64,000 nucleotides of DNA from Bacillota bacterium (GTDB lineage Bacteria; Bacillota; Dethiobacteria; DTU022). The stretch covers positions 42,303-106,302 of the forward strand of contig JAWODD010000041.1 in assembly GCA_046483445.1 (NCBI GenBank), in the 5' to 3' direction. Positions 25,991 to 35,717 of this stretch are shown in pieces. A model generated the notes under the pieces. It was not told the origin of the DNA and did not search any database. It saw nothing but the letters and a program-made list of their open reading frames with translations. How positions within the stretch are numbered: the first letter of the stretch is position 1; every line of letters starts with the position of its first letter. The translations under genes and the position numbers were made by a program.

Positions 25991-27097
25991 TTGAATCCAG
26001 TGATGAAAAAATCAGCAGAGCAATTTGTGGAAACAGTTAAAAAATATAAAGCGATAGCCATTTATGTGCCCGGGTCGCCGGATCCGGATGCGATTGCTTC
26101 AGCTTATGCCATAAAATTGATCTTGAAGCACCTTTCTATTAATGCGGATATTTTTGCTGAAAGAAAGTTGTCGCTTTCGCAAAACCAGGCTTTTCTCGAG
26201 AGGTTAAAAATCCCGGTTGTATTTGATAAAAATATCAATTTAAAAAAGTACCAGGCCTACATCGTCCCTGATTTTCAGAACAACCGGGTGGAGTATATTG
26301 GGGAAAAGATACCATGCGCCGTTCACATAGATCATCATGAGAAGTCAAATGGTAACGTAAAAGCGGATTATTCTCTTATCAATACTGATGCGGGTTCAAC
26401 CAGTACCCTGGTAGCACTCATTATGAAAAACATGGATATCACTTTTAGCGAAGAAGAAATGAGAGCTGTGGCTACTGCCCTGACCTTTGGTATTCAAACC
26501 GATACTGACCGCTATAACAATATTACCTTCTTGGACCTTGAAGCGTTAATATTTTTGTCAAAGTTTACAGATTCCAGCATTTTGGAAGGGATAAGCAGTA
26601 CACCACTGCCCCCTGAAACCTTTCAGTATTACAAAATGGCAAAAGAAAATGAGGTTATATACAGCGATTGGGCTTTTTACGGAATTGGGTATATTGATGC
26701 CGAAAACAGGGATTCAATTGCTTTAGCTGCTGACATGATCCTTGAAAAAAGTGCTTATAATACGGTCGCTGTTTTTGCTATAATTGAAAATCAGCAAAAA
26801 GGCGAAATGTATCTTGATGTTTCGTTCAGGTCAAAAAGAAGAGCTCTTGACCTGAACCGGATTATCAAAAAAATTACTCCCAATGGAGGCGGCAGGAGTT
26901 ATAAAGGTGCCTACCAAATTGATTTGGATTATTTTTTGAATGCCCCGGACAAGCAACTCCTCTGGAAGGTCGTCGAAGCTACTACCTTAGAAACCCTGCG
27001 GCGCAGCAGGGATAATCTGCATGAAAAAAGAATTAGAAAAGTATATGATGATTTAAGGCGCAGAATGCTAACTTTTTTTGATAAGGAAAGTAAGTGA
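25991..27097 (+). CDS. DHH-family phosphoesterase (NrnA-like)
   Basis: Contains ...AVHIDHHEKS... (DHH motif) and a DHHA1-like C-terminus. Start could instead be the ATG at 26003 (MKKSAEQF). Confidence 0.8.
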   Translation: MNPVMKKSAEQFVETVKKYKAIAIYVPGSPDPDAIASAYAIKLILKHLSINADIFAERKLSLSQNQAFLERLKIPVVFDKNINLKKYQAYIVPDFQNNRVEYIGEKIPCAVHIDHHEKSNGNVKADYSLINTDAGSTSTLVALIMKNMDITFSEEEMRAVATALTFGIQTDTDRYNNITFLDLEALIFLSKFTDSSILEGISSTPLPPETFQYYKMAKENEVIYSDWAFYGIGYIDAENRDSIALAADMILEKSAYNTVAVFAIIENQQKGEMYLDVSFRSKRRALDLNRIIKKITPNGGGRSYKGAYQIDLDYFLNAPDKQLLWKVVEATTLETLRRSRDNLHEKRIRKVYDDLRRRMLTFFDKESK

Positions 27098-27269
27098 AGC
27101 TAAAAGAGATTGAAGAGCGATCTTATAGTTTTTATAATTGGCGGATAACTATTGACCAGTTTCATTTTTGAGTTTTGATTATTTTTATTGCTTTTTGCAG
27201 GTTTCTGTGTTAATATTTAGACGATAATTTGCCCTCAACATTAGGGTTATTTTAGGAGGTAATTTGTTA

Positions 27270-27467
27270 ATGCAAGGTAAGGTAAAATGGTTTAACTCTG
27301 AAAAGGGGTATGGCTTCATCGAGGTTGATGAAGGCAAGGATGTTTTTGTTCATTACTCGGAAATTCAGGAAGAAGGATTTAGAACCCTGGAAGAGGGCCA
27401 AGTTGTAGAATTTGAGAGTGTTGAAGGAAACCGCGGACCGCAGGCGGCAAATGTGGTGAAGGTGTAA
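27270..27467 (+). CDS. cold-shock protein, CspA family
   Basis: [33 protein letters not shown] shows the RNP1 and RNP2 motifs. AGGAGG RBS 10 nt upstream of the ATG at 27270. Confidence 0.9.
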   Translation: MQGKVKWFNSEKGYGFIEVDEGKDVFVHYSEIQEEGFRTLEEGQVVEFESVEGNRGPQAANVVKV

Positions 27468-27511
27468 CAGGGGTTTACACTGGATCAATATAAATTAAGG
27501 GTGACTTCACA

Positions 27512-27535
27512 ACCGGCAAAGGTGCCGGTTTTTTA
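27512..27535 (+). terminator. intrinsic terminator after csp
   Basis: ACCGGCA-AAGG-TGCCGGT hairpin followed by TTTTTT. Confidence 0.6.
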
Positions 27536-27662
27536 TTGTGTGTCCCCGGTATGGGCATTAGCCAGGTGGTGAAAGTGTGTTGTAGTCCTGGAGTAACTAC
27601 CAGCCGGGGGCAAGGAGTTCGCTGCGAGGCGGAACCTGGAGGAGTCTAAACAAACTTCCTTT

Positions 27663-27691
27663 CTGTTGTTCTTTGGGCAACAGTTTTTTTT
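27663..27691 (+). terminator. second intrinsic-terminator-like hairpin, ending an ~150-nt structured non-coding segment
   Basis: CTGTTG-ttctttggg-CAACAG hairpin followed by a run of 8 T. Confidence 0.5.
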
Positions 27692-27819
27692 GGGGATATA
27701 ATTTGTGAATAAGAAAATTGAGTTTAACCATTGACACTTATAGGTGCAGGTGTTATGCTTTTGCCTGGCAGATATCCGAGTTGTTTGGTCGGGATTAAAA
27801 AGGAGACGTTGTCACCAAG

Positions 27820-28248
27820 ATGAAACTTTCGGCTAAAGTGGAATACGGGGTAAGGGCGATGGCTATTCTAGCCTTGTATTATGAAACCGGGCCATTGCCC
27901 CTGCGTGAAATTGCCGAACAAGAAAAGATCTCACTTAAATTTTTAGAACAAATAGTCCCTGCCCTGAGGAGGTCCGGATTAGTTTCCAGTGTGCGGGGCT
28001 CACAGGGAGGGTATAAATTATCCCGGCCCCCTGAAGAGATTAAAGTAGGAGATATTGTGCGTTCTGTTGAAGGACCGATAACTCCGGTAGACTGTCTGGC
28101 AGAAGACCGGGATGATTCTTGCTGCCATCACAAAGACGGCTGTCTGACCAGGCAGGTTTGGGAAAAATTACGGGATAAGATTAATGATGTTTTAGATGAG
28201 GTTACCCTTAACGAATTGATTGCTTTAAAGCCGACCCAAACTTTATAA
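27820..28248 (+). CDS. iscR: Rrf2-family transcriptional regulator (IscR-like)
   Basis: MKLSAKVEYGVRAMAILA...SLKFLEQIV...LVSSVRGSQGGYKL is an Rrf2 HTH. The Cys cluster (CC.HKDGC) suits a Fe-S ligand set. It precedes iscS and iscU. Confidence 0.85.
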   Translation: MKLSAKVEYGVRAMAILALYYETGPLPLREIAEQEKISLKFLEQIVPALRRSGLVSSVRGSQGGYKLSRPPEEIKVGDIVRSVEGPITPVDCLAEDRDDSCCHHKDGCLTRQVWEKLRDKINDVLDEVTLNELIALKPTQTL

Positions 28249-28264
28249 CTGCGGGGAGGAATTT

Positions 28265-29434
28265 ATGATGGCAAATCGGCTAGTATATATGGATCACGGG
28301 GCCACCACCCCTCTGAGGGAAGAAGCTCTTGAGGCGATGATGCCTTTTTTGAAAGAACAATATGGCAATCCATCCAGCCTCCATGCGCCGGGCAGGAGTG
28401 TTCGCAATGCAGTGGAAGAAGCAAGGGAGAAAACAGCCCGGGCCCTGGGAGCAGAGCCTGAAGAAATTTATTTCACTTCCGGGGGAACAGAAGCTAACAA
28501 TATTGCCCTGCGGGGGGCGGCAAAAAAACATTCCGGCGGTGGACATATCATAACTTCAGGAATTGAGCATCATGCTGTCCTTGATGTTTGCAAAGACCTT
28601 GAGCAAGAAGGCTATGAAGTTACCTTTCTGCCTGTCGACCGCTACGGCCGGATTGAACCCGGAGCAGTCAAAGAAGCAATAAAAGAAAATACATTTATGA
28701 TTTCGATTATGGCTGCCAACAATGAAATTGGAACTACCCAGCCAATTCAGAAAATAGGGGAGTTGGCTAAAGAAAAAGGGGTTTTATTTCACACCGATGC
28801 AGTGCAGGTAGTGGGACAGCTCCCGGTGAATTTAGGAGAATTGAATGCTGATTTTCTTACCCTGTCGGCGCATAAGTTCAATGGGCCCAAAGGTATCGGT
28901 GCTTTATACATGCGTAAAGGAACAAAGATTGATCCTTTATACCATGGAGGAGGCCAGGAAAGAAAGCTTAGACCCGGGACTGAAAATGTGCCCGGAATAA
29001 TCGGCCTTGGCCGGGCCCTGGAGTTGTCAACAGAAGAAATACCTGATAAGAAAAAGCACCTGGGATCACTGCGAGACCGATTGATTAACGGGTTGCTGGA
29101 TATCGGCGACGTTATATTAAATGGTCATCCTGTAGAACGCCTGCCTGGCAATGTGAATGTTAGTTTTCATTATATTGAAGGGGAGTCGGTATTGCTTAGC
29201 CTGGATATGGAAGGAATTGCCGCATCCAGCGGTTCGGCATGTTCTTCTGGTTCTCTTGAACCATCGCATGTTCTTTCGGCCATTGGGCTGGATCAATCTG
29301 TGGCTCATGGTTCGATACGCTTTAGCTTGGGCAGAGGGAACACTGAAGAGGATATCGATATGGTCCTGGAAAAAGCGCCTCCGATAGTGGAGCGGCTGAG
29401 AAGGATGTCTCCAACCTATCAGCAATCACAATAA
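28265..29434 (+). CDS. iscS: cysteine desulfurase (NifS/IscS)
   Basis: VYMDHGATTP...SGGTEANN...SAHKFNGPKGIGALY (PLP-binding Lys)...SSGSACSS (catalytic Cys loop). Confidence 0.9.
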   Translation: MMANRLVYMDHGATTPLREEALEAMMPFLKEQYGNPSSLHAPGRSVRNAVEEAREKTARALGAEPEEIYFTSGGTEANNIALRGAAKKHSGGGHIITSGIEHHAVLDVCKDLEQEGYEVTFLPVDRYGRIEPGAVKEAIKENTFMISIMAANNEIGTTQPIQKIGELAKEKGVLFHTDAVQVVGQLPVNLGELNADFLTLSAHKFNGPKGIGALYMRKGTKIDPLYHGGGQERKLRPGTENVPGIIGLGRALELSTEEIPDKKKHLGSLRDRLINGLLDIGDVILNGHPVERLPGNVNVSFHYIEGESVLLSLDMEGIAASSGSACSSGSLEPSHVLSAIGLDQSVAHGSIRFSLGRGNTEEDIDMVLEKAPPIVERLRRMSPTYQQSQ

Positions 29435-29469
29435 TCTTTACAGCGATAGTTTAGAGAGGAGTACGATTT

Positions 29470-29844
29470 ATGTACAATGACATAATCGTGGATCATTTTA
29501 ATAACCCCCGCAATGTTGGAGAGCTGCCGGATGCGGATGCTGTTGGGGAAGCCGGCAGTTTTAAGTGCGGCGATACCATGAAATTATATCTAAAGGTAAA
29601 AGACGGCTGTATAGATGATATTAAATTCCAGACTTTTGGTTGTGCAGCAGCTATTGCCAGCAGCAGTATGCTTACTGAAATGGTTAAAGGCAAAACTTTA
29701 GATGAAGCGCTGCAGGTAACCAACGAAGATGTCGCCAATGAGCTTGGAGGGCTTCCCCCCTTAAAAATGCACTGCTCAAACCTGGCTGCAGATGCCCTGC
29801 ACAATGCAATTACTGTATACCGTGAAAGGCACCAGGCCGGTTAA
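29470..29844 (+). CDS. iscU: Fe-S cluster scaffold protein NifU/IscU
   Basis: MYNDIIVDHFNNPRNVGEL...GSFKCGDTMKL...FQTFGCAAAIASSS...MHCSNLAADAL carries the three conserved Cys. Confidence 0.9.
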   Translation: MYNDIIVDHFNNPRNVGELPDADAVGEAGSFKCGDTMKLYLKVKDGCIDDIKFQTFGCAAAIASSSMLTEMVKGKTLDEALQVTNEDVANELGGLPPLKMHCSNLAADALHNAITVYRERHQAG

Positions 29845-29887
29845 GCATTGCAGGTAAAAAAAGTTGGCTCAGGCTGGTTCTGTTAAC

Positions 29888-29921
29888 TTGACAAACCTCG
29901 TTGGAGAATGTTATTTTCTTA
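29888..29921 (+). promoter_or_regulatory. putative sigma-A promoter of the hrcA operon
   Basis: TTGACA at 29888-29893, a 17-nt spacer, then a TATTTT-like -10 immediately upstream of CIRCE. Confidence 0.4.
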
Positions 29922-29927
29922 TTAGCT

Positions 29928-29954
29928 TTAGCACTCTAAAGGAAAGAGTGCTAA
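29928..29954 (+). promoter_or_regulatory. CIRCE operator (HrcA binding site)
   Basis: Perfect consensus inverted repeat TTAGCACTC-TAAAGGAAA-GAGTGCTAA, 14 nt upstream of the hrcA start. Confidence 0.9.
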
Positions 29955-29967
29955 AGAGTAGAACGGG

Positions 29968-31014
29968 GTGAGCAGCATGACTACAATACTTGGGGAAAGA
30001 AAAGAGGAAATTCTTCGAGCTGTAGTGGCTAATTATATTAAAACGGCTGAACCAGTTGGTTCGCGGACAGTTGCAAGAGCATACCCGGTAGGATTAAGTT
30101 CGGCGACAATCCGCAATGAAATGGCCGATTTAGAAGAAATGGGTTATCTGGTGCAACCGCATACTTCTGCTGGAAGGGTCCCTACCCAGCTTGGTTATCG
30201 TTATTATGTCGATAATTTGCTGGAAAATGAGCAAATCAGCGCAGATAGCGAACTTGATATCAGCGGTTCTTTGAGCCCAGAAAAAATGCGGGAAATAGAG
30301 CAGATTATCACCAATTCAACTAAAGTTTTATCGCAGGCAACGAACCAAACTTCACTGATTATGGGACCGCAGTTTAAGAAAAGTGCTTTCCACCAGATTC
30401 GCATTCTGCCTCTTGATGAGAAGCGCGGCCTGGTGGTATTAATTACTGATACAGGTTTTATCAAAAACAAGGTGATTAATCTGCAGCAGCAATTGAGTCA
30501 AACTGAACTGCATCAGGTTGTTTCCTATCTGAACCAAAAACTTTATGGCCTGACAATAGACCAGGTAACCACCTCGCTAATTAACGAGTTGAAGCGGGAT
30601 CTTTTCCGCCGCCTGGAAATTTTGGAACAGGCATTTATTTTGCTCGAAGAAAGCTTAAAAGAAGAAAAGCAAATCAGGGTTTTTTTAGGCGGCACTACTA
30701 ATATTCTTAACCAACCGGAGTTTAGAGATGTTAACAAAATCCGCCGGATGTTGAATCTGTTTGAGCAGGAGCCGCTTTTATTTAAAATACTGGAAGATAA
30801 CTCCAGCGAAGATAATATTGTAGTAAAAATCGGCGCGGAAAATGAGTTTGAAGATATTAAAGAGTGTACTTTGATTACAGGAACATACCGGATACATGAT
30901 AAAACTCTTGGTACAGTTGGAGTTCTCGGGCCGACCAGGATGGATTACGGCCGGGTGATCAACGTAATGCGGTATCTTCTCGATCATTTAAACCGGAGCC
31001 TTAGCAGTTCTTAA
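29968..31014 (+). CDS. hrcA: heat-inducible transcription repressor HrcA
   Basis: ILRAVVANYIKTAEPVGSRTVA...SSATIRNEMADLEEMGYL.QPHTSAGRVPT is the canonical HrcA N-terminus. 348 aa. Confidence 0.9.
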   Translation: MSSMTTILGERKEEILRAVVANYIKTAEPVGSRTVARAYPVGLSSATIRNEMADLEEMGYLVQPHTSAGRVPTQLGYRYYVDNLLENEQISADSELDISGSLSPEKMREIEQIITNSTKVLSQATNQTSLIMGPQFKKSAFHQIRILPLDEKRGLVVLITDTGFIKNKVINLQQQLSQTELHQVVSYLNQKLYGLTIDQVTTSLINELKRDLFRRLEILEQAFILLEESLKEEKQIRVFLGGTTNILNQPEFRDVNKIRRMLNLFEQEPLLFKILEDNSSEDNIVVKIGAENEFEDIKECTLITGTYRIHDKTLGTVGVLGPTRMDYGRVINVMRYLLDHLNRSLSSS

Positions 31015-31122
31015 ACCCGGGCAAACTTTTTTCCTTCCTTCCGGGATATGTAACCGGCTTGAGAATTTTCGCGGTTTTTAATCATATAAGAGAATTTTTA
31101 AATGAAGCAGGTGGAATACTTT

Positions 31123-31794
31123 ATGAGCGGTAAAGACAAAAAGAAAAACCAGGAAGAAATGCACGAAGAACAAAAAAAACAGGAAGCAACGGAGCAGGTT
31201 GACGAATCAGAAGAAGGTAAAGAAGATTTTACCCAGGTCCAGGTTGAAGATGAAGAGAAAGATGAAGTTTTGGAGACGGGGCCTGCGGAAATTGTAGATG
31301 AAGAACCAGAGCATGCTTCGGAAGAAGTGGCGGCAGACGAAAGCGAACAGGAAAACTGGCAACAGGAAAAAGAGGAACTGTTGGACCGGATCAAACGCAA
31401 GCAGGCTGAAATGGATAACCTGCGGCGAATTAGTAAAAAAGAACAAACCGAGGCAAGAGAGTATGCCCTGTATGATTTTTTAGTTAGACTACTTCCGGTT
31501 TTGGATAACCTTGAGCGAGGGTTGGAAACAGCCCGAGCCGATGAAGAGGTGCCCGACTCATATGTAGACGGGTTGGAGATGATTTATAAGCAGCTCTATC
31601 AAGTTCTGGAGCAAGAAGGAGTCTGCGTTGTTGAAGCAGAAGGCGCTCCATTTGATCCTCACTGTCATCATGCAGTGATGGAAGTGGAAAGTGAAGACGA
31701 GCAACCGGGGAATGTAGTTGAAGTTTTACAGAAAGGTTACTGGCATCGGGATCGGATTCTTCGCCCAGCTATGGTGAAGGTCTGCCGAGAATAG
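31123..31794 (+). CDS. grpE: nucleotide exchange factor GrpE (alternative upstream start at 31102)
   Basis: Acidic N-terminus, then ...LRRISKKEQTEAREYALYDFLVRLLPVLDNLERGL...FDPHCHHAVM.... AGGTGGA RBS before the ATG at 31123. Confidence 0.85.
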   Translation: MSGKDKKKNQEEMHEEQKKQEATEQVDESEEGKEDFTQVQVEDEEKDEVLETGPAEIVDEEPEHASEEVAADESEQENWQQEKEELLDRIKRKQAEMDNLRRISKKEQTEAREYALYDFLVRLLPVLDNLERGLETARADEEVPDSYVDGLEMIYKQLYQVLEQEGVCVVEAEGAPFDPHCHHAVMEVESEDEQPGNVVEVLQKGYWHRDRILRPAMVKVCRE

Positions 31795-31833
31795 ATTAAC
31801 TTTGCAAACTTTATAATTTAGGAGGAAGTAAAA

Positions 31834-33711
31834 ATGGGAAAAGTATTAGGAATTGACTTAGGGACAACCAACTCAGCAGTTGCAGCGCTGATCGGCAGTG
31901 AACCTGAAATTATTGCCAACGCCGAGGGTAGCAGGGTCACTCCCTCAGTGGTTGCATTTTCGAAAGACGGTCAGAGATTAGTAGGCCAGGTGGCTAAACG
32001 CCAGGCAGTTACTAACCCTGAAAGAACCATTCTTTCTATTAAGCGGGAAATGGGTACGGATCATAAGGTAAACATTGATGATAAAGAGTATACCCCCCAG
32101 GAAATCTCGGCAATGGTTTTGCAAAAACTTAAAGCAGATGCGGAAAGCTACCTGGGCGAGCAGGTAACCCAGGCTGTAATTACGGTTCCGGCATATTTCA
32201 CTGACAGCCAGCGTCAGGCAACCAAGGATGCCGGCACCATTGCCGGAATGGAAGTTTTGCGTATTATAAATGAGCCGACTGCTGCAGCCCTCGCTTACGG
32301 ACTTGACAAGCAGGGTGAAGATCAGAAAATCCTGGTTTTTGACCTTGGCGGCGGGACTTTTGACGTTTCCTTGCTTGAACTTGGCGATGATATCGTAGAA
32401 GTTAAGGCCAGCAGCGGGAATAACCGCCTGGGCGGCGATGATTTTGATCAAAGACTGGTCGATCATATCGCCGATGAATTTAAAAAAGATCAGGGTATCG
32501 ATCTCCGGCAAGATCGTATGGCTTTACAGAGATTGATAGAAGCGGCAGAAAAAGCCAAGGTAGAACTGTCTTCAGTGCCTTCCACTGACATTAACCTACC
32601 TTTTGTTACGGCAACCCAGGAAGGGCCCCGGCACCTTAACATGACAGTTACCAGGGCAAAATTTGAGGAATTAACCGGCGACCTGGTGGAAAAAACTATG
32701 GGACCAACCAGGCAGGCGCTTTCCGATGCCGGGTTAACTGCGGATGATATCGACAAAATTATCCTGGTGGGCGGAGCGACCAGAATTCCTGCTGTTCAGG
32801 AAGGAATTCGCGAACTTCTCGGTAAAGAACCGCACAAAGGAGTTAACCCTGATGAAGTAGTGGCCATGGGCGCTGCTTACCAGGCGGGAGTGCTTGGCGG
32901 GGAAGCGAAAGATGTGCTACTGCTTGATGTTACCCCGCTTTCACTGGGGATAGAAACTCTTGGCGGGGTTTTTACCAGGATTATAGAGCGCAATACTACG
33001 ATCCCAACTGAGAAAAAACAGATCTTTTCTACTGCCGCCGACAACCAAACCAGCGTGGATATCCATGTTTTGCAGGGCGAAAGAGCCATGGCGGCCGACA
33101 ATAAAACTCTGGGGCGGTTTATGCTTGATGGTATTCCACCGGCTCCGCGCGGTGTGCCCCAAATTGAAGTTGCCTTTAATATAGATGCCAACGGCATAGT
33201 CAATGTTTCAGCTAAAGATCTGGCTACCAATAAAGAACAGAAAATTACGATTACCGCTTCCAGTGGCCTTGATCAAGGACAGATCGATGAAATGGTTAAT
33301 GAAGCGGAAAATTTCGCTGAGGAAGACCGCAAGCGCAAGGAGTTAGCTGAAGCACGCAATCAGGCTGATTCCCTGGCGCATAGTGCAGAAAAAACCTTGA
33401 ATGATTTGGGCGATAAAGTTGAACCGGAAAAAGCGGAAGAAGTTAGAAATGCTGCTGCTGAACTCCGTGAGGCGGCCCAGGGTGAAGATCTGGACCGGAT
33501 CAAGGAAGCTACCGATAAAATGAATAATTACATGCATGAGCTTTCTTCCAAACTATATGAGCAGCAACAGGCAGAGGCGCAACAGACAGCAGAAGCGGGT
33601 AGTGGGGCTCAGGATGCAGGAGAAAATCCTGCTGATGATGAAAATGTAGTTGATGCCGATTTTGATGTGCAGGATGATCAAGAAAAAGAGGAGAAAGATA
33701 AAGAAAGTTAA
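31834..33711 (+). CDS. dnaK: molecular chaperone DnaK (Hsp70)
   Basis: [17 protein letters not shown]...[10 protein letters not shown]...; 625 aa. GGAGGAAG RBS. Confidence 0.95.
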   Translation: MGKVLGIDLGTTNSAVAALIGSEPEIIANAEGSRVTPSVVAFSKDGQRLVGQVAKRQAVTNPERTILSIKREMGTDHKVNIDDKEYTPQEISAMVLQKLKADAESYLGEQVTQAVITVPAYFTDSQRQATKDAGTIAGMEVLRIINEPTAAALAYGLDKQGEDQKILVFDLGGGTFDVSLLELGDDIVEVKASSGNNRLGGDDFDQRLVDHIADEFKKDQGIDLRQDRMALQRLIEAAEKAKVELSSVPSTDINLPFVTATQEGPRHLNMTVTRAKFEELTGDLVEKTMGPTRQALSDAGLTADDIDKIILVGGATRIPAVQEGIRELLGKEPHKGVNPDEVVAMGAAYQAGVLGGEAKDVLLLDVTPLSLGIETLGGVFTRIIERNTTIPTEKKQIFSTAADNQTSVDIHVLQGERAMAADNKTLGRFMLDGIPPAPRGVPQIEVAFNIDANGIVNVSAKDLATNKEQKITITASSGLDQGQIDEMVNEAENFAEEDRKRKELAEARNQADSLAHSAEKTLNDLGDKVEPEKAEEVRNAAAELREAAQGEDLDRIKEATDKMNNYMHELSSKLYEQQQAEAQQTAEAGSGAQDAGENPADDENVVDADFDVQDDQEKEEKDKES

Positions 33712-33779
33712 ACGAGGAATTATCAGTAGTGAAAGGGAAATTTTTAAGAATAATTGAGTTAAAAGGGTGATGTTTGGAT

Positions 33780-34934
33780 ATGAGTAAACGTGATTATTAT
33801 GAAGTTTTGGGGTTAGAGCGCAATGCGTCCAGTGAGGAGATTAAAAAAGCATACCGCCGCTTAGCCAAGCAGTACCATCCTGATTTTAATAAAGATGATC
33901 CTGATACAGAGGAAAAATTCAAGGAGATTAAGGAAGCTTATGATGTATTAGGCGATTCCCAAAAACGGGAACATTACGACAGATTTGGGCATCGGGAAGG
34001 ATCTGGCAGTGGTGCCGGAGGTTTTAATGGTTTCGGGGGAGCAGGTTTTGGCACCACCGGTTTTGGCGGTATTGATGAGATATTTGAGCAGTTTTTTGGC
34101 GGAATGGGCGGAATGGGCGGCCGCCGGCGGTCTCCAGGCCCTGAACAGGGGACCCATTTGCGCTATGATCTGGAAATCACCCTGGAAGAAGCTTTCCATG
34201 GTGGGGATAAAGTAGTAACCATTCCCCGAACTGAAAACTGTCCCGATTGCAAGGGCAAGAAGACCAAATCCGGCCTGGATGGAGATACCTGTTCTTCCTG
34301 CGGAGGCAGCGGTCAGCAGCAATATTCCAGAAGCACTCCTTTTGGCCGGTTTATCAGTATGGAAGTCTGCCGTAATTGCCGCGGAGAAGGGGTAGTGATC
34401 AATGATCCCTGCCCGACCTGTAATGCCCAGGGTAGAGTGGTTCAGGAGAGAAAGATAGAGATCAAGATTCCACCCGGAGTTGAAGATGGTTCCAGACTGC
34501 GGGTCAGTGGAGGCGGTGAAGCCGGTATGCGTGGCGGCCCCTCCGGAGACCTTTATGTAGTTTTCAGAATTCGCCCCCATAAGTTATTCCAGAGAAAGGG
34601 CAGCGACCTGTGGCTGGAAGAAACTATAAGTATCAGCCAGGCAACGCTGGGTGTGGAAAAAGAAGTGCCGACTATGGAAGGATCAGCTACCCTGGGGATA
34701 CCCGAAGGAACCCAACATGGAGAAACCTTCCGTCTTAAAGGATACGGCATGCCCCATCTGCGCGGTTCGGGCAGAGGAGATTTACGGGTTAAGGTAAAGG
34801 TAAGCGTCCCCAAACGGCTGACTGCCCGGCAAAAAGAATTGTTGGAAGAATTTGCTCAGCTAAGCGGTGAAAAGGTCGGTCTGGAAAACAGGGGTTTCTT
34901 TGATCGAATGAAAGACGCTTTTGGCGGTGGATAA
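33780..34934 (+). CDS. dnaJ: molecular chaperone DnaJ
   Basis: J-domain [10 protein letters not shown]...YHPD; G/F-rich region; four CxxCxG zinc-finger repeats ([32 protein letters not shown]). Confidence 0.9.
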   Translation: MSKRDYYEVLGLERNASSEEIKKAYRRLAKQYHPDFNKDDPDTEEKFKEIKEAYDVLGDSQKREHYDRFGHREGSGSGAGGFNGFGGAGFGTTGFGGIDEIFEQFFGGMGGMGGRRRSPGPEQGTHLRYDLEITLEEAFHGGDKVVTIPRTENCPDCKGKKTKSGLDGDTCSSCGGSGQQQYSRSTPFGRFISMEVCRNCRGEGVVINDPCPTCNAQGRVVQERKIEIKIPPGVEDGSRLRVSGGGEAGMRGGPSGDLYVVFRIRPHKLFQRKGSDLWLEETISISQATLGVEKEVPTMEGSATLGIPEGTQHGETFRLKGYGMPHLRGSGRGDLRVKVKVSVPKRLTARQKELLEEFAQLSGEKVGLENRGFFDRMKDAFGGG

Positions 34935-34958
34935 TGATAGCCCGGCTGGGAGGCTTTT

Positions 34959-35717
34959 ATGCCTTACTTTTACTTGGAAGAAGAGCGGTTGCTCACCGGT
35001 GGTGAAGTAAACCTGACTGATCAAGATACTAATCATGCTTACCGGGTCTTGCGCTTAAAACCGGGTGATCAGGCCGCTGTTTCCGATGGCCGGGGAACGG
35101 CAAAACAGGGTGTAATTACAGCTTCTCAGCCGGGAAATGTACGGGTTTACCTGCAATATGACCTGCCGGCTGCAGAATCGCCCCTGGAACTTACGCTTGT
35201 TCAGTCCCTGGCCAAAGGTGAAAAAATGGAGCAGGTTATCAGGCAAACGGTGGAATTGGGCGTTAAAAAGATCATCCCTCTCGCTTCCGGCAGAAGCATC
35301 CCCCGCTTTAACCATCGGAAAGAAGAAAAAAAAATTTACCGCTGGCACAGTATTATTCGCTCCGCAGCTGCGCAGTGCCGCCGGGCTTTCCTTCCTATCC
35401 TCGAACCTGTTCACGATTTAGAATCTATCCTGCCTTTAATTGCTGGGTCGAAAACCCTGGTTCCTTTTGAAAAAGAAGCCGACACCTCCCTGCCGGAAGT
35501 ATTGAAAAAACCGTGCCCGGAAGATAACGCGGTTTTACTGTTGATCGGTCCCGAAGGTGGATTCAATAGTAAAGAGGTAAAAACGATCGTATCTGCGGGA
35601 GGAATAACCGTTCATTTGGGGCCAAGAATTCTACGTACCGAGACTGCCGCTGTTGCCGCTGTAGCTATGCTTCAGGCTGCCTGGGGTGACTTTTCAGCAA
35701 AAGGAGCGCACCATTGA
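34959..35717 (+). CDS. rsmE: 16S rRNA (uracil1498-N3)-methyltransferase
   Basis: 252 aa. ...LLLIGPEGGF... motif. Follows dnaJ as B. subtilis yqeU does, but prmA is absent between them. Confidence 0.85.
   Translation: MPYFYLEEERLLTGGEVNLTDQDTNHAYRVLRLKPGDQAAVSDGRGTAKQGVITASQPGNVRVYLQYDLPAAESPLELTLVQSLAKGEKMEQVIRQTVELGVKKIIPLASGRSIPRFNHRKEEKKIYRWHSIIRSAAAQCRRAFLPILEPVHDLESILPLIAGSKTLVPFEKEADTSLPEVLKKPCPEDNAVLLLIGPEGGFNSKEVKTIVSAGGITVHLGPRILRTETAAVAAVAMLQAAWGDFSAKGAHH

Noticed and set aside
27545-27645. 32-aa ORF MGISQVVKVCCSPGVTTSRGQGVRCEAEPGGV in the csp-iscR spacer
   Set aside because: It has no Shine-Dalgarno sequence and the region folds into extensive stems, so it is more plausibly a structured RNA.
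31978-32511. 177-aa antisense ORF inside dnaK, and similar antisense ORFs 33948-34580 (dnaJ), 10215-10673 (PPDK-like), 41094-41486 (phoH), 35055-35414 (rsmE)
   Set aside because: These are shadow ORFs opposite highly conserved genes. None has an RBS and none shows a recognisable motif.
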